A stretch of 64,000 nucleotides of DNA from NCBI GenBank assembly GCA_030765485.1, contig JAVCCR010000031.1, positions 17,359-81,358 on the forward strand, in the 5' to 3' direction. The position numbers and the translations under genes were made by a program. Positions 39,004-48,909 of the stretch are shown here, piece by piece. The notes under the pieces were generated by a model. The model had not been told where the DNA came from and did not search any database. It saw only the letters and a list, made by a program, of their open reading frames with translations. This DNA is from Candidatus Gygaella obscura. Lineage in GTDB: Bacteria > Omnitrophota > Gorgyraeia > Gygaellales > Gygaellaceae. Each line of letters starts with the position of its first letter. Positions within the stretch are counted from its first letter, which is position 1.

Positions 39004-40239
39004 ATGTATATATTATACGATTTGTTTTTTTTGGGAGTTTTTATCTTTGGTTTAGTCTACTACTTTTTAAAGGCTAAGTTCCATAGGGATATTTTACTGC
39101 GCATAAAACTTTTTAAGATGGAGTTTTTATCCGGATCTATCTGGATACACGCTGTAAGTGTAGGCGAAGCAAAAATTGCAAAAGTTCTATATTTTATGAT
39201 TAAAGATAAATTTCCCGAAAAGACAGTGGTGATATCAACTGTAACTCGAACAGGAAACAAAATCGTCAAGTCATTTATTTCAGGTTCGGACAAGTTGATT
39301 TATTTTCCATTGGATTTTAGTTTTATCGTGAAGAGTTTCATCAAAACAATAAATCCGAATGTTTTTATTTCAATCGAAACGGAAATCTGGCCAAACCTTT
39401 TTTATTTTTTAAATAAAAACAATACGCCTATTATCATCTTAAACGGCAGGATTTCCCCGGCATCATTTATGAGGTATAAAGTTGTAAGAGGATTATTTAA
39501 GAATGTATTAAAGAAAGTATCTTTGTTCTGTATGCAGACACAGACAGATGCGGATCGAATAGTTTCTTTAGGCGCAGACAGTGAAAAGGTAATAAAAACT
39601 GGCAGTATCAAGTTTGATATTGCAATAAAAGAAGATATTTATTTTAAAAATAGTCTTGGAATAAATGAAGATGAGCTTGTTTTTCTTGCAGGAAGTACGC
39701 ATCCTGGGGAAGAATTAATTATTTTTAACGTGTTTAAGAACATAAAAAGACAATTTCCTAATTTGAAATTAGTTTTAGCTCCTCGACATACAGAGAGGGT
39801 GGAAACAATTGAGGCTTTGCTAAGGAATATGGATTTAAGTTTTATCCGGTTTTCTGCTGTTTCAGGGAAAATGAATGAGGATATAATTATTGTAGATATT
39901 ATGGGTAAGCTAGCGCAGATTTATGCAGCAGCAGATGTGGTTTTTGTGGGAGGCAGTCTTATAAAAAAAGGAGGCCAAAATATATTAGAACCTGCTTTTT
40001 TTGCAAAACCGATAATATTTGGTCCTTTTATGTTTAATTTTAGCCAGATCAGCGAACTTTTTATTAAGGAAAACGCTGCAAAAATGGTTTTTAACCAGGA
40101 AGAGCTGTATGAGACAGTAAAGGAATTGTTAGAAGATAATAAAAAAAGATTTTCTCTTGGATTAAAGGCTAAGGAGATTCTTGATAGGAATAAGGGAGCG
40201 CTGCAGGACACCTTTAGCAAGATAGAAAAGTTTTTATAA
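39004..40239 (+). CDS. waaA: 3-deoxy-D-manno-octulosonic acid (Kdo) transferase
   Basis: 411 aa. 'IWIHAVSVGEAKIAKVL' signature. GT-B C-terminus 'VVFVGGSLIKKGGQNILEP'. Confidence 0.85.
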   Translation: MYILYDLFFLGVFIFGLVYYFLKAKFHRDILLRIKLFKMEFLSGSIWIHAVSVGEAKIAKVLYFMIKDKFPEKTVVISTVTRTGNKIVKSFISGSDKLIYFPLDFSFIVKSFIKTINPNVFISIETEIWPNLFYFLNKNNTPIIILNGRISPASFMRYKVVRGLFKNVLKKVSLFCMQTQTDADRIVSLGADSEKVIKTGSIKFDIAIKEDIYFKNSLGINEDELVFLAGSTHPGEELIIFNVFKNIKRQFPNLKLVLAPRHTERVETIEALLRNMDLSFIRFSAVSGKMNEDIIIVDIMGKLAQIYAAADVVFVGGSLIKKGGQNILEPAFFAKPIIFGPFMFNFSQISELFIKENAAKMVFNQEELYETVKELLEDNKKRFSLGLKAKEILDRNKGALQDTFSKIEKFL

Positions 40240-41303
40240 TGAAAAAATATTTTTATTTATTGGCAAACGATAAAATAAATGGTTTTATACCCGGAATTGT
40301 GAAGTTTACAATGCTTATTTTGTCTTTTGTCTATCAGGGCGCGCTTTATATTTTAAAGATTCTTTATTGTTGTAAGATTCTTAAACAGGAAAGATTAGGC
40401 GTTAAAGTTATAAGTGTCGGCAATTTAACTTTAGGCGGAACAGGCAAGACTCCCTTGGAAGAACTTATTGCTGACTATTTGTTGTTAAGGGGCAAAGATG
40501 TAGTTGTTTTAACTAGGGGTTATAAAGCCTTAGATACGGTTTCAGGCTTAAGTGGCGATGAAGCAATGATTTTAAAGAATAACCTTGGGGTTGTTGTTAT
40601 TGAAGGTAAAAACAGAGTTATCAATGCAAAAAGAGCATTAAATAAATATCATTGTGATACGATTTTACTCGATGATGCTTTTCAACACTGGAGATTATTT
40701 CGTGATTTGGATATTATTACTATTGATGCGACAAATCCTTTTGGCAATAGTTTTCTTATCCCTAGAGGCATTTTACGTGAATCAAAAAAGGCAATTAAGC
40801 GCGCAGATTTGGTAGTATTTACAAAGACCGATAGGTGCGGGAATATTGATGCTTTGGTAAAAGAGATATCAGTAATAAATAAAAAAGTTGCTTTTGTCTA
40901 TAGTAGGCATCAGGCATTAGATTTTGTCAATCTTATTAACGGCAGCAGGTTGCATTATTTAGACTTTTCTAAGGTCGAAGACATTTGTTTTGTTTGCGGT
41001 ATTGCAGATCCGAGTTACTTTAAGCATACACTTACAGATATTGGTTTGAATGTAGGTTTAAGTTTTGTTTTTCCCGATCATTATCGCTATACAAAGGATG
41101 AATTTGTCAAAATAGTTAATGAATGTAAACGTAAGGGGATAAAGAATATTATTCTTACTCAGAAGGATGCAGTAAAACTGGGATTTCTTAAGGATTTAAA
41201 AGAAAGCATTGGTTTGGATTTCTGGTTTTTACGGATTAAGATGAAGTTAACAAAAAACGAAGATGAACTTTTTAATAAACTGGATAACTTATATATCGGC
41301 TAG
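40239..41303 (+). CDS. lpxK: Tetraacyldisaccharide 4'-kinase
   Basis: 354 aa. P-loop 'ISVGNLTLGGTGKTP'. Shared stop/start with waaA. Confidence 0.85.
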   Translation: MKKYFYLLANDKINGFIPGIVKFTMLILSFVYQGALYILKILYCCKILKQERLGVKVISVGNLTLGGTGKTPLEELIADYLLLRGKDVVVLTRGYKALDTVSGLSGDEAMILKNNLGVVVIEGKNRVINAKRALNKYHCDTILLDDAFQHWRLFRDLDIITIDATNPFGNSFLIPRGILRESKKAIKRADLVVFTKTDRCGNIDALVKEISVINKKVAFVYSRHQALDFVNLINGSRLHYLDFSKVEDICFVCGIADPSYFKHTLTDIGLNVGLSFVFPDHYRYTKDEFVKIVNECKRKGIKNIILTQKDAVKLGFLKDLKESIGLDFWFLRIKMKLTKNEDELFNKLDNLYIG

Positions 41304-43197
41304 AATTCTTGTAGGGGTATTTTCTATTTTAAAGCCAGAATCAGCGCTTTTAATTGCAAGAATAATTGCCAGATTAATCTATATGTTTAGTTTTAAGTAT
41401 AAAAGAATTGCCTATGTCAACTTGAGGCGTGTATTTGCTGAAAAAAAGTCACGAAAAGATCTTGAATCAATATTAAAGAAGTCTTTTATAAACCTAATTC
41501 AGGATATTGTAGAGACCTTCAGGCTTTCTAAGATTGATTCTGATTATATTAATAAGTACATCAAATTAGAGGGAGTTGAATATATCGATCAGGTCTTAAA
41601 AGCACAAAAAGGGGTAATTTTGGTAGGAAGTCATTTCGGCAGTTGGGAAATGGCCAATGTTATTTTTTCATTATTGGGTTATGACTATAATGTTTTTGCA
41701 AAGGAGCAGGCAAGATATAACAAGACGTTTCTCTATCTTAATAAGTTAAGAAAGGATAAAGGTATTAAGGTTTACATGGAAGGAAATGCCCTTTTAAAGA
41801 TTGCCCATGCCCTCAAACAGAATAAGGTTGTAGTTATGGTTGCTGACCATGGAGGTAAAAACGGAGTGGTTGTACCGTTTTTTGATATTCCTGTACCTAC
41901 TCCTTCGGGCGCAGTGAGGCTTGCCTTGAGGTTTGATACTTCTATTATGCTATGTAGTATCAGACGGATAAAAGGGCCTTACCATATTTTAAGGATAAAC
42001 CCTTTAAGTTTAACAAAAGCCACTTCTTTAGAAGATAGCTTAAAGATAAATTTAAATAAAATAAACGCAGAAATTGAAGATTTGATAAATAGATATCCTG
42101 AGCAAAACCTATGGCGCTACAGAAGGTGGAAATATTCTGCCCTTAAGAGGGTGTTGGTGTTAAGTGATGATAAAGCAGGTCATATGAATCAGTCTAGGGC
42201 TATAGTGGATTTGTTAGGGAAAGGGAATAATATTATTGAGCAAAAAGTTATTAGAGTAAAGTTTAAACATAGATTTTATAAGGTTATTTTGAGATTTTTT
42301 TCTTTGTTTATATCAATGCGCATGGTTGGTTCTTTAAGGTATTTGAAGTTTGCCCTTGAAAAGGATTCATTCGAGCGTCTTATCAGAACACATGCAGATA
42401 TAATTATTTCTGCTGGTTCTAGTTTAGCAGCAGTTAATCTTTATTTAAAACGGGAAAACCAAGCCAGGTCTATCTGTATTATGAATCCGGGTTTCTTAAG
42501 AAAGTCTTTATTTGATTTAATAATAGCGCCAAGGCATGATCCCTTATCTTTAAAAGAAAATATTGTTTTTACTGATGCAGCTGTTAATCGTATTGATGAA
42601 GACTTTCTTCAGAAGGGACGTATTGAATTGGAAGGTTTCTTAAAAAAGAGAGACATTGCATTAAAGCCAGATGTTTTAGGTGTGTTTTTTGGAGGAGACA
42701 CCAAGGCCTTTAAGTATAAACAGCAAAGCTTAATTGCTTTAATTGAGAAAATAAAAAGTTTTATTAAAGGTAATGAATTTGATTTGTTTTTTACTACTTC
42801 TAGAAGAACATCTGTTATTCAAGAGAGGCTTTTTGAAGGGCAACTTAAAACAAGTGCAAAGTTTCTTGTTGTCGCCAATAAAAACAATCCTGAATATGCT
42901 TTTGCAGGTATTCTAGCTATAAGCACTATCATTTTAGTAAGCGCAGAAAGTATTTCCATGGTCTCAGAAGCTGTAGCAGGTTCGAAGAAAGTAGTGGTTT
43001 TTCTTCCCAGTGTTTTGTCTTTAAGGCGACGGCATAAGATTTTCCTTGATAATCTGAAAGAAAAAGGTTTGATAGCTATAGCTGATGAAAATAATCTTTA
43101 TGAGGTTTTAGTTGTTGTTTCAGCAGGTAAAATTTCATCTACAGGTTTTAGTGATCGGGATAATATAATAAATGCATTAAGGGAAAAGATTTTATGA
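41263..43197 (+). CDS. Fusion protein: LpxL/HtrB-family lipid A late acyltransferase (N-terminal) + ELM1/DUF1022-like domain (C-terminal)
   Basis: 644 aa. N-terminal ~290 aa with H(X)4E acyltransferase motif 'GSHFGSWE' and HtrB-like layout. C-terminal ~350 aa begins 'RVLVLSDDKAGHMNQSRAIVDLLG', matching my recollection of the bacterial ELM1/DUF1022 N-terminal signature. Confidence 0.65.
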   Translation: MNFLINWITYISARILVGVFSILKPESALLIARIIARLIYMFSFKYKRIAYVNLRRVFAEKKSRKDLESILKKSFINLIQDIVETFRLSKIDSDYINKYIKLEGVEYIDQVLKAQKGVILVGSHFGSWEMANVIFSLLGYDYNVFAKEQARYNKTFLYLNKLRKDKGIKVYMEGNALLKIAHALKQNKVVVMVADHGGKNGVVVPFFDIPVPTPSGAVRLALRFDTSIMLCSIRRIKGPYHILRINPLSLTKATSLEDSLKINLNKINAEIEDLINRYPEQNLWRYRRWKYSALKRVLVLSDDKAGHMNQSRAIVDLLGKGNNIIEQKVIRVKFKHRFYKVILRFFSLFISMRMVGSLRYLKFALEKDSFERLIRTHADIIISAGSSLAAVNLYLKRENQARSICIMNPGFLRKSLFDLIIAPRHDPLSLKENIVFTDAAVNRIDEDFLQKGRIELEGFLKKRDIALKPDVLGVFFGGDTKAFKYKQQSLIALIEKIKSFIKGNEFDLFFTTSRRTSVIQERLFEGQLKTSAKFLVVANKNNPEYAFAGILAISTIILVSAESISMVSEAVAGSKKVVVFLPSVLSLRRRHKIFLDNLKEKGLIAIADENNLYEVLVVVSAGKISSTGFSDRDNIINALREKIL

Positions 43198-45284
43198 ATA
43201 TATTACAGATCTTACCACAACTTAATGTCGGAGGGGTAGAGACAGGAGTTGTTGATTTGTCCCGCCGTTTGGTCGAGGATGGACATAAGGTTGTTGTTGT
43301 TTCTTCTGGCGGAATGTTGGTTTCCGATCTTGAAAAGAGCGGCGTTAAGCATTATACATTGGCGGTTCACAGGAAGAACCCTTTTGTTTTGATAAAGACT
43401 ATCCCGCAATTGGCTAAGATTATTAAAGATGAGCATATTGAAGTTATCCACGGTCGTTCGCGCGTTCCGGCATGGGTAGGTTTTATTGTCTCTTTTAAAA
43501 CAGGGGTTAATTTTGTTACTACTTGTCATGGTTATTATTCCAGGCATTTCTTTAGTAGGGTTATGGCATTAGGCAAATATGTAATTTGTCCCAGCAATAT
43601 CATAGCGCGTCATATGGTTGATGATTTTTCTGTCAAGAGGGACAATATAGTTATAATTCCAAGAGGCGTTGACATATCAAAATATAGCTTTATCAGGCCG
43701 GATGAAAGAAATAAGCAGGATTTTACTATAGGGATTATTGGAAGACTCACTCCATTAAAGGGGCATGTCCATTTTTTGAATGCTGCAGCAAAGCTGCATA
43801 GAATTATTCCTAATCTGCGTATCTGGATAGTGGGAGATGCTGCTAAGAATAAACAGGATTACAAAGAGGAGTTAAAGACACTTTGCAGGAAGTTAGGCAT
43901 AGCCGAGCGCGTAGATTTTTTAGGCTATCAGAAAGATATTGCTTCTATACTTTCAAAGATGAACATTTTAGTGCTTTCAACTGTAACCGAAGAGGCTTTT
44001 GGCAGGGTGATAATTGAATCACAGGCAGCGGGCGTTCCGGTTGTAGCGACAAGAGTGGGCGGAGTTATTGATATTATAAAAGATAACGAAACAGGCATTT
44101 TGGTTAATCCTGCGGATTCAGAGGCAATTAAAAATGCGGTAATAAGGTTTTATAATGATGATAGCTTCACTAATAGTTTGGCGTTGAAGGCTAGGGCTTA
44201 TGTTGAGGAGAGGTTTACTCTAGAGAACATGTATCAGAAAACACTTTCTGTTTACAAAAAGACGATAGTCAAGAAAAGGATTATTGTTATTAAATTAACT
44301 GCTTTAGGCGATGTTATCTTGGCTGTACCCAGCCTTCGGGCGATAAAGAAAAAATTCAAAAATCATACTATTACTTGTTTGGTAAACAAGAATTTTAGTT
44401 CTCTTTTATGGGATTGTCCTTATGTGGATGATTTGATAGTCGATGATAAGGATATTCAACATAAAGGATTCTTTGGTTTATTGCGATTGGCCAAAAAGAT
44501 TATTTATTATAGATTTGATATTTCGATTGATCTGCAGAATAATAAACGCAGCCACTTATTGTCTTTTTTGGGAATAATTGCTGAAAGGTATGGTTTTTTT
44601 ATTAAAAGAAAGCTGAGTTTTCTTATTAACCGTACAGTATCTCTGCCGCAACAGGTTGAACATCCTGTAAGACATCAATTAAATGTATTACGGTTGTTGG
44701 ATATAAAGGATATGGATGATTCTTTGGAATTGTGGGTTAATAAGGACGCAAAGAAGTTAATGAACAGTTTTCTGGAAAAGCATTGGTTAACTGAAGACCA
44801 AAAACTGATAGGGATAAATATTGGAGCAAGCAGTCGTTGGAAGTCTAAATGCTGGCCGAGCGCTAATATTGTGAAGCTTTGTGATATGCTTAAAACTAAG
44901 AATATGCGTGTTGTTTTTACAGGCACAAAAGCTGATCTTGCAATTGCCCAGGAAGTGACTGCTAGATTAAAGGATTTTAAACCGATAATCGCCTGCGGTC
45001 AAACTAATCTTGCGCAGCTTATCGCTTTGGTTGATAGATGCAGTGTTCTTATCAGCGGAGATTCAGCTCCGATTCATATTGCTTCTAGCCTTAATGTTCC
45101 TTTTGTTGCTCTTTTTGGACCGACCGATCCTTCAAAACATCTTCATCCTAAAGGAAAATACAGGCTGTTAAGAAAGGAAGTGCCTTGTTCTCCTTGCTAC
45201 AGATCAAAATGTAAAAAGAATATATGCATGAAGCTTATTACATCAAAAGAGGTTTTTGAAAAAGTAGAGGAGCTGTTGGTTTAA
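43194..45284 (+). CDS. Bifunctional glycosyltransferase: GT4 (group 1) N-terminal domain + GT9 heptosyltransferase-like C-terminal domain
   Basis: 696 aa. N-terminus 'ILQILPQLNVGGVETGVVDL', E-X7-E 'EAFGRVIIESQAAGVPVVATRVGG' (GT4). C-terminal half begins 'IIVIKLTALGDVILAVPSLRAIKKKF' (GT9 LPS heptosyltransferase signature). Confidence 0.7.
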   Translation: MNILQILPQLNVGGVETGVVDLSRRLVEDGHKVVVVSSGGMLVSDLEKSGVKHYTLAVHRKNPFVLIKTIPQLAKIIKDEHIEVIHGRSRVPAWVGFIVSFKTGVNFVTTCHGYYSRHFFSRVMALGKYVICPSNIIARHMVDDFSVKRDNIVIIPRGVDISKYSFIRPDERNKQDFTIGIIGRLTPLKGHVHFLNAAAKLHRIIPNLRIWIVGDAAKNKQDYKEELKTLCRKLGIAERVDFLGYQKDIASILSKMNILVLSTVTEEAFGRVIIESQAAGVPVVATRVGGVIDIIKDNETGILVNPADSEAIKNAVIRFYNDDSFTNSLALKARAYVEERFTLENMYQKTLSVYKKTIVKKRIIVIKLTALGDVILAVPSLRAIKKKFKNHTITCLVNKNFSSLLWDCPYVDDLIVDDKDIQHKGFFGLLRLAKKIIYYRFDISIDLQNNKRSHLLSFLGIIAERYGFFIKRKLSFLINRTVSLPQQVEHPVRHQLNVLRLLDIKDMDDSLELWVNKDAKKLMNSFLEKHWLTEDQKLIGINIGASSRWKSKCWPSANIVKLCDMLKTKNMRVVFTGTKADLAIAQEVTARLKDFKPIIACGQTNLAQLIALVDRCSVLISGDSAPIHIASSLNVPFVALFGPTDPSKHLHPKGKYRLLRKEVPCSPCYRSKCKKNICMKLITSKEVFEKVEELLV

Positions 45285-46381
45285 TGAATGTACTGTTAGT
45301 GACTAAACATTTAAATATTGGGGGGATTTCACGCTATGTAGTTAATTTAGCCAAAGGATTAAAACAGAATAATATAAATGTTTTTGTCGCTTCAGGAACA
45401 GGTGTTTTAAAGAGTGAATTGGATAAGCATAAAATCAACCATTATAAGATCGATTTTAATACTAAAAATGAATTTAATCCGTTTCTTTTTAGGCAGTATT
45501 TACAGCTTAGAAAGATAGTTAAAGATAATGATATTGATATAGTCCATGCACAGGAAAGAGTGACTCAGGTTTTATGTGGACTTATTGCTAAATATAATGA
45601 TATAAAGGTTATTTCTACATGTCATGGGATATATCGGGTAAGGTTTTTGCGTAAAATCTTTCCTTTTTTTGGAGATAGGGTAATAGCGGTCAGCGATTAT
45701 TGCCGCAGGCTTATTCTGGATAATTTCAAAATAAAAGAAAAAAAAGTAAAGCTTATCAATAATGGTATAGATTTATCTAGGTTTAATCAGTTGGATTCTC
45801 TTGAAAAAGAGGCATTGAGAAATAAATATGGTTTAGAAAAGACTGATCTTGTAATCGGTAATATAGCGCGTTTTTCTCCTGATAAGGGTCTTGATTTATT
45901 ATTGGAAGTTTTTAAACGAGTACATGATTTTTTACCGCAGGCTAAATTAGTTATTGTTGGAGGAGGGCCGCAGGAAGAGTCTCTGCGTTTTAAGGCAAAG
46001 GCTTTAGGTATAACTAATGATGTTAGGTTTTTAGGGTTTGTGAATGAAACAAAAGAACCACTTTCCGTGATGGATGTTTTTTGTACTACGACCAAATACG
46101 AATCGTTTGGATTGTCGGTTTTAGAGGCTATGGCTGTAGGGGTTACGGTTGTTGTTTCTTGTGTGGGAGGGTTAAAAGAATTGGTTCAAGATTCAGTTAA
46201 TGGTTATTGTGTAGAATATGATAAATTGGATTGTTTTACTGATAGATTAATAGAGCTTTTAAGCAATAATTCTTTGCGGTTAGGGATGGCTGCGCAAGCA
46301 CAAAAGTTTTGTTTTGAGAATTTTAATATAGATAATTGTGTAAAAAAGACAATAGAGGTTTATAAGCAGGTTTTAATATAA
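45284..46381 (+). CDS. Group 1 (GT4) glycosyltransferase
   Basis: 365 aa. 'VLLVTKHLNIGGISRYVVNLAKGL', E-X7-E 'ESFGLSVLEAMAVGVTVVVSCVGG'. Confidence 0.8.
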   Translation: MNVLLVTKHLNIGGISRYVVNLAKGLKQNNINVFVASGTGVLKSELDKHKINHYKIDFNTKNEFNPFLFRQYLQLRKIVKDNDIDIVHAQERVTQVLCGLIAKYNDIKVISTCHGIYRVRFLRKIFPFFGDRVIAVSDYCRRLILDNFKIKEKKVKLINNGIDLSRFNQLDSLEKEALRNKYGLEKTDLVIGNIARFSPDKGLDLLLEVFKRVHDFLPQAKLVIVGGGPQEESLRFKAKALGITNDVRFLGFVNETKEPLSVMDVFCTTTKYESFGLSVLEAMAVGVTVVVSCVGGLKELVQDSVNGYCVEYDKLDCFTDRLIELLSNNSLRLGMAAQAQKFCFENFNIDNCVKKTIEVYKQVLI

Positions 46382-46395
46382 TTAATGAGAAAGAG

Positions 46396-47214
46396 ATGAA
46401 GATAAAGAAAATAAAGATACTTCTGGTTATTTTAGCTGTTTCTATTTTTGTATCGGTATTTTTTATTTTAAGGCGCGAATATGTTGTACCTATATTTATG
46501 TATCATTCTGTGAGAAAGGATAATCCGTCAAGCACTAAGTTGATTGTAAGCCCTAAGGCATTTGAGGAGCAAATGAGGTTTCTTGCTAAAAATTCTTATA
46601 ATGTAATAAGTCTTTCATGCCTTGCGCGCATCATACAGGAGAATAAAAAAATCCCTCCTAAGACCGTAGTTGTTACTTTTGATGACGGCTACAGGGATAA
46701 TTTTTTAAATGCTAAGCCGATTTTAGAAAAGTATCTTATTCCGGCAACCATATTTATTGCTGTAGATTTTATTGGGCAGCAAATTAAGCAAAGTAGTTAT
46801 TTTGTAGATAGTTCTGAATTTATGTCAATAGAGGAACTTAAAAGTTTAGTTGATTCTGAGTTTATCGATCTAGGCATTCATACGTTTAGCCATGTAGATC
46901 TGGTAAAGCTTGATGAACAAAACGATTTAATCCATGAGATAAAAGAGCCTAAGGAATTTCTTGAAGAACAGCTTGACTGTGAAATGGATTTATTCAGTTA
47001 TCCTTTCGGCTCCTTTGATAAAAGAAGCCGTAGTATTGTTTTGCAATCCGGTTATGTGGCAGCTGTGGCAACAAACCCCGGAAGAGATTACCCAAAAAAT
47101 GACGTATTTGTATTAAAAAGAATCCGCATCAGCGAAAAAGACAGTAATCCTTTTATCCTCTGGGTAAAGGCAAGCGGTTTTTACACATTATTAAAAGAAT
47201 TAAGAGATGACTAA
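46396..47214 (+). CDS. Polysaccharide deacetylase (NodB-homology, CE4) with N-terminal membrane anchor
   Basis: 272 aa. TM 'ILLVILAVSIFVSVFFIL'. 'VVVTFDDGYRDNF' Asp-Asp metal motif. 'HTFSHVDL' His motif. Confidence 0.8.
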   Translation: MKIKKIKILLVILAVSIFVSVFFILRREYVVPIFMYHSVRKDNPSSTKLIVSPKAFEEQMRFLAKNSYNVISLSCLARIIQENKKIPPKTVVVTFDDGYRDNFLNAKPILEKYLIPATIFIAVDFIGQQIKQSSYFVDSSEFMSIEELKSLVDSEFIDLGIHTFSHVDLVKLDEQNDLIHEIKEPKEFLEEQLDCEMDLFSYPFGSFDKRSRSIVLQSGYVAAVATNPGRDYPKNDVFVLKRIRISEKDSNPFILWVKASGFYTLLKELRDD

Positions 47215-48241
47215 AGTTTATAAAAGAATTCTGGTTTTTAACGTCAATTGGCTTGGGGATGTGCTTTTTACCACTCCGGCAATACGTGTTTTAAGAAAAA
47301 GTTTTCCTGATAGTTATATTGCCTGTGCTGCGCCTGCCAGGTGCGCGCAGCTTTTAAAGAATAACCCTAGTATAAATGAGTTTATTTCTTTTGATGAAAG
47401 AGGCAGTTTCAAGAGTGTGTTTTCAAAGATAGCGTTTATTTTTTCTTTGAGAAAGAAAAAATTTGATGCGGTATTTTTATTTCACCGTTCCTTTACAAGA
47501 CTTATGATTTGTTTTTTTGCTGGGATAAAAAATAGAATTGGATATAGCCGCAGGAAGAATAATCTGCTGTTGACCGGTAAGATCGATCCTATTGAGCGTG
47601 ATTCTGTTCATCGTATTGATTACTTTTTGAATATCGTCAGGCCTTATGTTGGTAAGATTGATGATAAATCTTATGAACTTAAGGTAAACAAAAGAGACAT
47701 CTTAGATGTAAGGAATATATTGGAAGAAAAAGGAGTGAAAAGTTCTGATCAATTGGTTGTGCTTAATCCTGGTGCAAATTGGCCTCTTAAGCGTTGGCCG
47801 GTTGATAATTTTGCAAAGCTTATTAATCTTTTGTCAAAAGAACCTGGTTTAAAAGTTATTGTTGTTGGGGCAAAAGAAGATCAAGGTTTGGTGGAGAAGA
47901 TCTTAAGTCTATCTAAATCTGAAGCGGTTGTATTAACAGGGCAGCTTAATCTTATTCAGCTTGCTGCATTGTTTAGTTTAAGCAGTATTGTCATAAGCGC
48001 TGATTCAGGGCCGATGCATATTGCCATTGCAGTTGAGGTCAGTGTTATTGCATTGTTTGGGCCCACTGATTATAGGATTACAGGACCTGTTGATGTTGAT
48101 AAAAACACTGTTTTGAAAAAAGATATAGATTGTGATATCCCGTGTTTTAAACTTGATTGCGCGGATAATATCTGTATGAGTCAGATAACTGCGGAAGAAG
48201 TACTTGAAGTCATAAAAACAAAACTATTAATGCGCCCATAG
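47207..48241 (+). CDS. ADP-heptose:LPS heptosyltransferase (GT9, WaaC/WaaF-like)
   Basis: 344 aa. 'ILVFNVNWLGDVLFTTPAIRVLRKSFPD', 'VLNPGANWPLKRWP', 'SADSGPMHIAIAV'. Confidence 0.8.
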   Translation: MTKVYKRILVFNVNWLGDVLFTTPAIRVLRKSFPDSYIACAAPARCAQLLKNNPSINEFISFDERGSFKSVFSKIAFIFSLRKKKFDAVFLFHRSFTRLMICFFAGIKNRIGYSRRKNNLLLTGKIDPIERDSVHRIDYFLNIVRPYVGKIDDKSYELKVNKRDILDVRNILEEKGVKSSDQLVVLNPGANWPLKRWPVDNFAKLINLLSKEPGLKVIVVGAKEDQGLVEKILSLSKSEAVVLTGQLNLIQLAALFSLSSIVISADSGPMHIAIAVEVSVIALFGPTDYRITGPVDVDKNTVLKKDIDCDIPCFKLDCADNICMSQITAEEVLEVIKTKLLMRP

Positions 48242-48305
48242 CTCAATTGGATAGAGCGCCAGTCTTCGGAACTGGATGTTGCAGGTTCGATTCCTGCTGG
48301 GCGCG
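48232..48305 (+). tRNA. tRNA-Arg (anticodon TCG)
   Basis: gcgccca acceptor, D-arm gctcaattggatagagc, anticodon stem ccagt/actgg with loop cTTCGga, T-arm gcaggttcgattcctgc. Overlaps the heptosyltransferase stop by ~10 nt. Confidence 0.85.
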
Positions 48306-48312
48306 AAAAAAA

Positions 48313-48909
48313 ATGAAAACATGCCCGTTTTGTACAAAAGAAATCGCTGAAGGGGATACAACCTGTAAGCACTGCAATAGGTCTCTAACTCAAGAGTTGG
48401 GGGAAAGGTTTTCTTATCAAAAAGAAGAGGTCTTTTCTAATATAGTACCGATTAAGAAATTTATTTTCTTAAGCGTAATCAGTTTAGGGTTGTATGAGAT
48501 TTACTGGATGTATAAGAATTGGCAGTTTATTAAAGAAAAAAGAAAACTAAAAATAATTCCTATGGCTAGAGCAATATTTTCTTTATTTTTTATATACAGT
48601 TTTTTTAAGAATATATTCCTTATTACAGCTGAAAAAGGTTATGAGGAAAAGTATTCCCCTATTTTACTAAGCGCTTGTTTTATAATGCTTAATCTTCTGG
48701 CCAATAAGGATAACCTTATGTGGTTTATGGCTATATTCTCGTTTGTTCCGCTTGTTGTTGCTTTAAATGCAGTTAATTTCTATTGGCAAAAAACCCAACC
48801 TAAAAAAAGGATAAGGACTAATTTTAGCAAGGAAGAGTTATTGATGTTATATTTTGGTTTATTATTAATACTTATGAGTGTTATTTCTATGTTTACTGTG
48901 GTTAAATAG
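48313..48909 (+). CDS. Zinc-ribbon-containing membrane protein (hypothetical)
   Basis: Re-called start at ATG 48313, because the track ORF start 48247 lies inside the tRNA. 198 aa. N-terminal CPFC...CKHC zinc ribbon followed by 4-5 TM helices. Confidence 0.5.
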   Translation: MKTCPFCTKEIAEGDTTCKHCNRSLTQELGERFSYQKEEVFSNIVPIKKFIFLSVISLGLYEIYWMYKNWQFIKEKRKLKIIPMARAIFSLFFIYSFFKNIFLITAEKGYEEKYSPILLSACFIMLNLLANKDNLMWFMAIFSFVPLVVALNAVNFYWQKTQPKKRIRTNFSKEELLMLYFGLLLILMSVISMFTVVK

